A stretch of DNA of 59,964 nt, the filler included, from Sphacelaria rigidula (taxonomy: Eukaryota): the NCBI GenBank assembly GCA_964200075.2. It is 9 parts of 9 records of this genome, joined end to end, with 100 filler letters (N's around TTAATTAATTAA, not from the genome) between each part and the next. Parts side by side here need not be neighbours in the genome. Positions count along the whole stretch, not along the records: positions 46,719 to 53,291 come from CAXNAA020019279.1; positions 53,392 to 59,964 come from CAXNAA020019280.1; 7 more parts are not named here. The stretch is one strand, 5' to 3'. Below, one piece after another: positions 50,547-59,964 of the stretch. How positions within the stretch are numbered: position 1 is the stretch's first letter; each line of letters opens with the position of its first letter. The position numbers and the translations under genes were made by a program. The notes beneath the pieces were generated by a model, which saw only the letters and a program-made list of their open reading frames with translations, searched no databases and had not been told where the DNA came from.

Positions 50547-50855
50547 AGGTACCCAGTGCTGGTATTTGGGGCATTCATATCCTACCGACACTGACCCAAT
50601 CGGGTATTTTCAAAATCCATACCCACGATACCTACGATACCACGGTATTTCGAGATATCAGTACCTACCGTACCCGCCCAATCGGGTATTTTCAAATGTC
50701 ATACCTACGATATCTACGATACCACGGTATTTCGAGATTTCAATACCCACCGTACCCGCTCAATCAGGTATTTTCAAAACTCATACCCACGATACCCACG
50801 TATACCACGGTATGGGATACCCCGGCGAATATGGGGGTACGCTCGGTATGGTACT
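50547..50855. repeat. Same element, copy 2 with fewer units
   Basis: Same start (AGGTACCC.GTGC.GGTAT) and end (CACGG.ATGGGATACCCCGG); units at 50661 and 50743. Confidence 0.85.
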
Positions 50856-51320
50856 TTACCTACGGTTGCCTTGTAGAGTTCTCAATCTGCGCTCCGGTGG
50901 CCTAACGGTCCAACTCGTTCGGTATGATCTGACACCAGCAGATAGCTGGTCGTACGGTTTCTCCAAGACAATGTGTCCTTGGCGTACAACAAGAGTGCGT
51001 GATCGTTTCCCTCTAATAGCACAGTATCTTATGGATTTCCCTTCCAGCCCTCTTTTGTCGGTCACCGCACTTGGTCCACCAACGGTTGTCTCAATACAAA
51101 CGGCTCGACACTCGGGATGAGCCTTGGCCTAAAAGGGAAAGGTAGCAAGTTGGACGTGATTCGGGGGGGGATCGTCATCTTGCGTCAACACCGTATCCGT
51201 CTAAATCTTGGCCTACTAACCTTGAATCAAATTCTAGGAAAATTCCAGAAAACACCCGGAAAACCCCGGAAAACCCCGGAAAACATCCCGCAGCTATTGA
51301 TCCTTCTGGAAACCTTTTAA

Positions 51321-51419
51321 CCCTTAGACCGCGAGGTTAGTATTCTGTTGAATCGGCATCAATTTCAAGTGAAAAAAAAACATGCATGATACAGGAAGAC
51401 TAATATCACTGTCTAAGGG
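51321..51419. mobile_element. 99-bp piggyBac-like MITE
   Basis: TTAA|CCCTTAGAC ... GTCTAAGGG|TTAA; imperfect TIR extends to ~28 bp. Confidence 0.75.
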
Positions 51420-52992
51420 TTAATGAACACCCGGAAACGTCCCGCAGAACACCCCGCAGCTGCTATTCTGGAATCATCTCCCGGGAAAATGCCAGAGAAC
51501 ACCCGGAAACTACCCGCAGAATATCCCGCAGCTACATGTGGATCTACCGACGTCGTTACAAGAGATATGAAGCACCACGATTGCTCTCGGTACGTCCCGT
51601 CGCGTACTTCTACAGTATATGGTGGATACCACCCGTGCAAGCTTAGTTAACGATTAGTTTTCGAACCTTATGTACCGTGTGGAGCATCCTACTTGGACAC
51701 AGGTGACATTATTATAGGGTGAAGAGAACGCCGGTTTAATTCGCGCCAGGCGCATTGGCTGTTTTCTCGGAAGGATGTGATTCCCCCCTTTGCAAGCGTG
51801 AAGACATACGTGAGAGCGTGAGTAGCAAAATAGTTTGACGGGGTTTGTTTGACGAGAGTCGACGCCCTACGGGAGTGCCGATAGTCATGATCCAAACCGC
51901 GAGACCAACATACAAGACGTGTACCGGGGGAGAGAGATGGGTTGATCTCTCGAGGCAGTAGACTCGTTCCGAGGAAGGGAAAGGGTCGAAAGTGTGGCCA
52001 TAGAAAAACAAAATGCAGTATTTTTTTCTTCCTTGACGGAAGGAGGAAACCTGACCCAACACTTACCCCGCAAGCGGGTTCGTTTGCCGATTGCCCGGAA
52101 GCTCCGCCAGACTGCCTCGTGGCAGTCGTGTAGGGTAGGCGCCTCGAGCGTTATTTTGCTCAAGGCAATGTGGGGGTCTTGGCAAGAGCATATTATGGCG
52201 AACGGGATAAATTAACCATAATAAGCATGACCAGAAGATGAGGGGGGCTCTTTGAGGAAGAGCCGGATAGATAGTTTGAAAGCTTGCAGGTTTTCACCGG
52301 AAGAATTGTATTTGTTTCTTCTTCTGCAGTCTCAGTAGTACCTCAATGATGTGTATTCCATCTACTACTCCTTGACCGCGAGATCTTTACTCAGGTATAT
52401 TTACCTTATACTGCAAACAGTACAGAACTAATCGCTGCCACGCAAGAAACAAGAGGAGTCGCCATGCTGTGCTACATGGATGATGACTGAAATGAACACC
52501 TCCGACGTCGAAGAATCAACTTGTTAATACTGTATTATCAAGAAACTCCCGTCTATTCCACCGCATGTACCCAACCCGTACATGTTGCCCCGCATGACGT
52601 GCGCCATGCTGCTTGAACGTAGCCAAGTGACGTGGCACGTGTCAGCTGATAATGGAGCGATCAGTTGCGGAATGGCGAGTCTGGTTGAGTATCCCAACCA
52701 CGGTGGGTTCATACCACAGCCCCACCACATAGGGTGGCGGAAGCTCGACACCCCTGTCTCTCACGGTATGCATATACCTCGTAGTCCGCTCACTATGGAT
52801 CCTTGAGTCTGAGGGTAGACAGATGTGAAGCCCTTCACCGTTCAGACCCTATTTGGACGACGGTTGGACGGTATAGTTGCACGGGTTCTTCCTGAAGGTC
52901 TGGAGAATTTATTCCTCGGTGGAGAGACAATGCCCTCGTAGAGTAGACGTTTGCCACGCAGATACCACGTGTTATACTCCCTTGTGCACAAG

Positions 52993-52993
<1 letters not shown>

Positions 52994-53028
<35 letters not shown>
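52994..53028. repeat. (CAG)n microsatellite
   Basis: Directly visible. Confidence 0.9.
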
Positions 53029-53291
53029 CATTGGCCGTCGCAGCAGAACAAAAATATTGGCCGTGATATTGCCAGTATGCGTGTACTACGTGAGAGTTTC
53101 CTTCGCGGTTTTTTTTCTCCAGATTTTTCGACTTTTCGGCTGCTCCTTGTGGCAGCCAATCATGAAAATATGTGGAAAACTGCCTTTTTGGCGCTTCTAA
53201 GTGGTTTTACGTCCTAAAAGAGAGCTACGAGCTGGGCCAGCCTAGAGGCTGCATGAACGTTTGCAGGCGGATGCGCCGGCCAATATTTGGA

Positions 53292-53391
53292 NNNNNNNNN
53301 NNNNNNNNNNNNNNNNNNNNNNNNNNNNNNNNNNNTTAATTAATTAANNNNNNNNNNNNNNNNNNNNNNNNNNNNNNNNNNNNNNNNNNNN
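53292..53391. other. Artificial contig linker
   Basis: N44-TTAATTAATTAA-N44. Confidence 0.98.
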
Positions 53392-53499
53392 GGCGCACAA
53401 TGATTCGAGTGGCAGTGGGCGAGAGAAGCAGCCGCCGAGGGGGGGGGGGGGGGGGGAGGGGGGGGGGGGGGGGAGGTAAACATGCAGGATACCTACTTT

Positions 53500-56290
53500 T
53501 CTTCGTGCACCCATATCACGATGTATCTAAACTAAATAAGAGGTCCTAGTAAACCAATGTCGTTAACGGAAACAAGCGTTTTCCGATCATCACTCCAGAT
53601 GTGATACCTGCTCTTTGTACAAAAGATGCCCTGATCATTGAAGAGCATACTCAACGATCAGATCCCGAAATCAATGTTGTTCGGCTTCACGTGGGCATCA
53701 GATCCTGATCCACAATCTCTGAGCCGCTGTAGTTGGACTAGATTCCCCGATAAAGAATACTGCGGAATAACTTGATCCTTAGACAGCGATCGACCCTCCA
53801 CCATGGTCGTCGCAGTCGATGCGGCTCGGACTGACATCGAGTCTTGGTATCCTCGTAGCCGCCACCCTCCCCTCGTCCCGTGCGTTCACCCGACATAAGG
53901 AGTACCACCTGCACCCGCAGACCCTTCCCTCGCTCCCCCGGTCCCGCCCAGTTTGTGGTCCGCCCTCGAGCTTCTTCGCCGCGAGCGCCCGCCCCCTGCC
54001 TCCAACTCGCCCCGCCGCCGCCGCCCTCCTCCTCTTTCTTTTTGTTGCTTGCCAGTGTTTGTGCTACGGATTCTATCTGGGGCGGTGGACTCAGGAAGCA
54101 GCGATCCTTGCAACCACAGCGACTTACAGTAGGCACATGATTGGCACCTGTAATTTCTTGCCGTTTCCCTCGCTGACCTGCGCTTGCACCGCAATGTTTG
54201 GGGTTTGGGGATCTTCATATCTGCCTCAATACGTATTGCCGGACAAACGGGCGACGATATTGTTGCAGGTCCACTCCACCACGCCCCTGCCCATCCCTTT
54301 TGCCCCCCTTGTGCTGGACGTTCTCGACGAAATGCCCAACTCGCGCCTGTCGAAGTCGACTTCGGGTATCTGCTCTGGTGACGCTGCCTCAGAACTCCAT
54401 GACGCTGTCGACCTCTTTCACATGTTCGGTGGGGACCGATAGATCAGAACACCGTCGAGATGGTATGTTCAGATCGAGATCACGAGCGCACTGACGAAGT
54501 TTACTAATGTATGGCAACAAGTGCTTTTTGGCGGTGGCAAAAATAGCCTGCGATCTGCACAAGTTAATGGGAAGCTTCCTCTTGTCTGAGAAGAACAAAT
54601 GGTGACCACCAACTGCAATGAACCCCCTCATCGATGTCATCTTGGACTCGGATATCGAGTATCGCCAACACAAGCTTCATCAGCAGGCCATTCGGCTGCG
54701 GGGCTTTCGAAACGAATCCAATATGCTGAATGAATGCCGGATAGGCACGACAGGAAGTAGCACGCGGCCATGAGGTATGCCGTGACTAAAAATGCCTCTT
54801 TCAGCAGTTGCGTCAGCCGAGGGAACCGGCGGCATCGGGACCGGCTTACATTCTACCCATTCCAGACAGTTTAAGATCCAGTTGCGATCGTCATAACGCG
54901 ACTTGTACCTAGTCTTGCTATAAGGTGGCGATTTTGGAAACGATCCCTGTAGCGCAGCTCGACCAACATTGAAAAGCTGCGGATGGTGATCGATGTAATC
55001 GGAAAGCAAGGGCGATAACAACCAAAACTGAAAAGCTGCGTTTAGTAATGGACGTGATCAAAAGCGAGGCGAAACTACTCTTCTCAGGTAGCCATGATAC
55101 TGTTGTGGGGAGCAGCGAGCATTGACAAGCGAACTCCCCCACCTTCAGAGGAGTTGAGCACGCTGAAGGGCACGATCGAACCCGGAAGAGAATCTTCTTC
55201 TACTCCTAGGAGATGTCGGGCAACTCCGCAACAGCTCATTGAGCATTGAAGACCTCTAGGTTGCACATGGAGTTGATCTTCGTGTTGAACTTCAGCGCTG
55301 ATTTCCTTCCCTAGCCCATCGTCGGTTTGGCCGTGGGTGTCCTGGATGGAAAGTGAATAACTTCGTTGTCGTGCCCTCATTCATCATTTCTCCTGAGACG
55401 TAAAGCGCGATAATATCGGCCAGTTTCTCATCAGACGCTACGGAGCACTCAAGTATCTCGTCTGCCTTCACACCTCTGTCCATCCTCCTTCTCAGCGTTT
55501 AAGGGAAGTCTCTCTCCCCCGGTGTGACGACGCGGGTATTCTACATCTCCCGGTACCGGAATAATCCACTAATAACGATTCTTGCCTGTGACACAAAAGG
55601 TGGCCACGGAACAACGAAGAGCCGACACGGAGGAGAAAGTTGCCTCTGCATGTTCCCAATCCGGAACGCGTGGTTTGGAGGGAAACCCATGCGTACGAAC
55701 GGTTAGAACACCCGAAGGCTCGTACGCGTTTTATCTCGCGCTTTCTCTCATGCGTCGATGATTCTCCCCCTTTTTCTGCCCCCTTATCCACTCGACTACT
55801 TCGGTCCGTTGCTTCGCAGAAGCCCATTTTTTGGAGCCACGGTCGCTCAGGCTTGCAGCGCTTTCTTCCTCAGTGATCGTGCGTGGTCCGACGCGGGTCG
55901 TCGCAAGTACTAGAAATTCAAAAACATCAGCAAGTCTTGCAATTGCGTGTTGGACGCAGAACAGCGATACCATGGAACCGGGCAAATGTGCAACAGAGGG
56001 ATGGTACAGCCCTCGCCGTAGCGCCGAGGATACTGAAGAACAACCGAGGTAGACAAAACCATAAACTGCAGTGTTGGTGCTCGTTTATCCGTCGATAGGG
56101 CCGCTGCAAAAGTGGTCGAGCCGCCCACTTTTCTGGTTCCGGAGGTCGCTGTTGATCTGATGCTAGTGGTCACTGCCACCCTGTCCCCCCCACTCGCCAC
56201 TGCCGCGGCTGCGGCAACAGTGACCGTGTTATTCTGGTCCACATTGGGGTATGTCGGTGTAATGTATGGGGTAGATTTGTTCGCCTCCAA
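53500..56290 (-). pseudogene. Possible decayed intronless coding remnant of unknown family
   Basis: Chain of adjacent protein-like minus-strand ORFs (55292-55483, 55084-55380, 54680-55021, 54389-54673) separated by stops or frameshifts; no diagnostic motif recognised. Confidence 0.3.
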
Positions 56291-57484
56291 GAAAATGATG
56301 CGTCAGAGAAAGGTGGCCACCGACGGGCTGTACTTGAAAGTGCACGGAAATTGATTTCCTGATCATGACATCGATCACTGATCTGTAGGATTTGCCGATG
56401 GGGGGAGATCAAAGGCAAGGAAGTGGTCAGTCATCCTATTCGGGTGTTCATTAGCTCCGCAGTTTGGTTTGAGGAATCACTTCTAATCACCCTCCTTCGG
56501 GACGAGTCGGTTCGAATCAACGGTAGAAATCACGAACCGTGAGTGCAAAATGTGAACAAATCCCATTTTCCCTAACGAATCACATGAATGATTCGTGCAA
56601 ACATGAATGTGGACGGATCTGATTTGACTAATTCAAGGACTTGCCGCCCCGCCCTCCACCCCGCACACTTGAAGATGGTCTTCAATAATGAGATGAACTT
56701 CAAGCTCGCACCAAATACAAAATATATAGCACAGAGTACGATGCAAGACGATACCTGTACCGTGAAATGAAAGTGAGCTGTGCGCCAACTTTTCTGTGGC
56801 TGCGGTATGAGACGACAGCTTAACCACCAAGCCAACATACGCCTGTCGTGATCGAAATGCGCTGCGATGACTTCACTGTTAATCAAAAAGCTTGCTGTGT
56901 TGATGTGATTTGTGACTGTGGTGGAGAAAGGGAGGATGGAGAGGGGGGTTGTATCACGGAGTGGTACGGACGAATCAACAGGTGCGAAAAATGTCGGAAC
57001 TAGTCGTACCGTACCAATCAAAGTGAAAAATAACATGTACAGACCACGGCTTTCGTACAAATCACATAAAGTCACTCGTGCAAAACAAGAATATAGACAT
57101 ACGATGACTTGATCCGTCCTATGTGTGGATACTTGACGTCTCATGACTAGTGTCGCTACTCATTTTCCTCTTTCCCCATTTTTGACACATTTCATGGTCA
57201 TGTGAATGCAGCTAATGCGACCGGCCTCACGAGGAAAAATACCCAGCGACAACACTACCGAGACAACTGACTACGCCGCCCAGACTGTTCAAGGAAAAGA
57301 GAGCGGTGCCCTCCGACAGAGGAGAAGCAGATCGCTATTGTTACTACTACTGCCGATAAACAAGAGCAACGCTACTTAATCGCGGAAGGAGTTGAAGCGT
57401 CGACGATCGGCGACTGGTTGTTGCCCAAGTGGTCGTGGTCGTTGTAAGAGGCTTGGCAAGCGAGCTCTGTATTTGCTCGTTGTT

Positions 57485-58846
57485 ATGTACTCTACTGCTC
57501 TCATCGCTTCGGCATTCTCGGCGTGCCTTCACTTTGATGGGCTGTGCGTGTTGGCCGTTCGAGCCACCGAATCATCTCTATCCACAGGTGCGACTGAGGA
57601 GGAAAAGTCTGGCACCGCCTCCGCCGCCGCAGCAGCAGCGACAGCAGCAGCGGAGGCGGCCGGCCCAGCAGGAGAACTAAGTTCAGGAGCCGCAGCAGAA
57701 GAGCACAACGGGTATCTCGCTGTTGAATTTCAACCGAGTACATTGCCAGGGGGTGAAGACCCGGAATCCGCGTCATTTCTTCTCTTGCCGACGTCGCCAT
57801 CGTCCAGAAACGTACCGCAGCGACAGCCACCAACGAGAAGCAAGGAGCCCACAAGGGGCTACGGGTCAGATGCTTTTGCGAACCTAACCAGCAGCAACAG
57901 TATTGGCACCACCAAGAGCGCTAGCGAGCACCGCGGAACGAATAACGATGATACGGGGCCCTTAGTGCTGCCTGGGGACGAACAAACGGCAACGGCAACT
58001 GCAGCAGCGGTACCGCTTTCGACCTTTGATCAAGAGGAAGTGATGGGAAGTCGCAACGAGGTCGAGGGTGAGCGGGGGGCGCCGTTATCAAAAATAGGCG
58101 CAAATGAGCAGCGTAGACGGACTAGTGGACCTACCATTGCGGCATCGACAGCAGCAATAGCAGCAAATACTGAGTTAGGAAGGGGCAGTGCTGATGGTGC
58201 TGGTGCTTCTATCGATACGAAACGCGCCACTGACGCCGATGTTGTGACAAATACGGGGGGAGGAGGGGGAGAGAAGGACGACCAGGAGGAGAGGAAACCG
58301 GGTTGGTCGTTTCTGTGCGGCGGTGGCCGCGATAGCGACAATAGTCGAGGTGATTTTAAGAGTAAAAGTAGTCACATTAGCGGTAGTGGTGCAACATCAA
58401 CCACTGGTACAAATCGTGCCGTTTATGATGCCACTATCTCTGAGAATCCTGTGATCACCATTACCGCCAACATCTCCACCAATAGCGTGACCAATGGTCG
58501 ACCGAGCGCAAAAGAGCTACAGCAGCAACGACAGCAAGAGCAGCAGCGACAGCAGCAGCGACAGCACGGGTTCGTGGTCCTGGAAGGGCGAGAGCAACAA
58601 CAGCAACGACAGCAGCGGCGGCAGCGACGGCAACGACAGCGACGACTCCAGGAAAAACAAAGGCAAGTAGCTATTTTGAGGGACAACTTGGTGTTGGTTG
58701 ACGAACACCCAGGAATGGCGGTGCGGCAGAGTGAACTCATGCCATTTCAGCTGGACGGAACGACGGAGGCATTCATGACCACTGACGGTGCGCGAGACTA
58801 CCTGAATGAGCTTGTCGACAAGAGTGCCACTGCCGTTAACAATCAG
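57485..58846 (+). CDS. Long first exon of a probably secreted protein with low-complexity N-terminal region
   Basis: Open frame of ~450 codons from ATG 57485; hydrophobic N-terminus; A/S/T/G- and Q/R-rich segments; globular-looking end (LRDNLVLVDEHPG...ARDYLNELVDK); strong donor CAG|GTGAGC at 58847. Confidence 0.65.
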
Positions 58847-59900
58847 GTGAGCCACAGATGTATGTATTCAAGCTTTACAACGTACCACGAAAACGCTTAC
58901 GCCTGGCTTGCGCAGAACCGCAAGCTAACTTCTGAGTATCACAAGATACCTACCGGTTATCCACATATCAAGAATTTGTCCACCAGTGTAGTCTTGCCAG
59001 AGGCTTGCGGTGAAGAGCTTTGCGTGCAGCACACTTCATGTGAATAGGGTCATTTTCATATCGGTATTATGTTAACCGTATGGTCTTTTAAAGTCGGTAA
59101 ATGTGGCAGGCCCACGCACGGTGTGTGAAGTCTCGTGTTTGTAAAATTGGGTAGTCGTATTTGTGCTTTTTAATATTGGCATCTCTGTGTACTACGGTAC
59201 GGTATCATTTTTCTTCCGCTATCGTTGCTGCTACTGCATGCTGCACGAGTCGCAAACGTCTCGTTTTTTTGCAGTGTTGTGATCACATACTTCATCTGTG
59301 CTCTGAGTAAAGTCTGTCGTGGTGTGAAGATGGTACCTCCCCAACGGAGGTGCCCATGATGCCAAAGTTAGGTTTCTTGAAAATATATAGTTATGGACAT
59401 GGATATTGCGAATAAACATTGTCGGGGTCCTATTTACTGAGAAATTTCGGAATGAAATTGCCCATTTTTCGATAATATTTTGGGATTTGTTTCCCAATTT
59501 TTGTTCCTATTATGTCAATATTTCTACAATTCCGACGCGAAATCGCCCAATACCTACCGCTACCATGATGAACTCTCTCGTTCAGACGCCCCCCGTATTC
59601 GTAAACGTGGCGCTGAAGTGCCATCGGGCCGTAGATCCGTCGTGGCAGTTACGGTGGAGGCAGCGCTGGCTATTCCGCCAAGAAACTCAAGGATGTCGCA
59701 GGGCCTTCTAGATCTGCTCGCCGAGCCCTGCGGTGTTGATCCCGAGTAAAAAAATCAAAGCTCAGGTATAGACTCACAGGGGAGCTCGACCGCCTAAACA
59801 ACGTCGGAGTGGGCGGCCGTCGTTTCATACTCCAATAAAGGCCACGGCGCTTCGGACGGTCAACAAGCAGAATCAGTAATAGTTTTTACCCCCCCCCCCC

Positions 59901-59964
59901 TGCTCCGTCTCGAAAGGGATGCGTGGTCAATGGTCAAATGACTAAGGCAAGCAACAAATGAGTA
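59901..59964 (+). mobile_element. LINE 3'-end fragment (C-tract family)
   Basis: TGCTCCGTCTCGAAAGGGATGCGTGGTCAATGGTCAAATGACTAAGGCAAGCAACAAATGAGTA immediately after a poly-C run; the contig ends where the C tail is expected. Confidence 0.75.

Noticed and set aside
49270..50855. Possible CRISPR array or repeat-protein genes (overlapping ORFs in several frames)
   Set aside because: Tandem 82-bp units are not a multiple of three and give similar peptides in different frames; non-coding minisatellite.
6576..53391. Strictly periodic TTAATTAATTAA motif every ~6.67 kb
   Set aside because: Artificial linker between length-sorted contigs (6575, 5x6574, 3x6573 bp); not biological. ORFs running into the Ns and any gene clustering across linkers are artefacts.

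Overview
This window is not contiguous DNA. It is nine unrelated contigs of 6575-6573 bp, sorted by length and joined by eight artificial 100-nt linkers (N44-TTAATTAATTAA-N44), so no neighbourhood inference is valid across a linker. The DNA is eukaryotic, intron- and repeat-rich; a brown-algal (Phaeophyceae-like) origin is my inference from repeat style and gene architecture, not something proven here. Most ORF-track entries are spurious. Host gene fragments: a TBC1D5-like RabGAP exon (7042-7649), the last exons of a DDX54/DBP10 RNA helicase (21033-22371), the last exons of mitochondrial inner-membrane peptidase IMP2 (42834-44097), and a long first exon of a probably secreted low-complexity protein (57485-58846). 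Mobile DNA dominates: two decayed Ty3/gypsy LTR elements, a tRNA-headed SINE family with CA tails, repeated 3' ends of a LINE that sit next to or inside poly-C tracts, three TTAA-type piggyBac-like non-autonomous elements (one only 99 bp), and several foldback/MITE elements and minisatellites. No prokaryotic-type system or CRISPR array is present. The best leads are the C-tract-associated LINE, a sequence sharing its 3' tail with the SINE (candidate partner LINE), a gypsy integrase with a chromodomain plus a second Tudor-like module, and a gypsy element whose RT and RNase H cores are both removed in frame.
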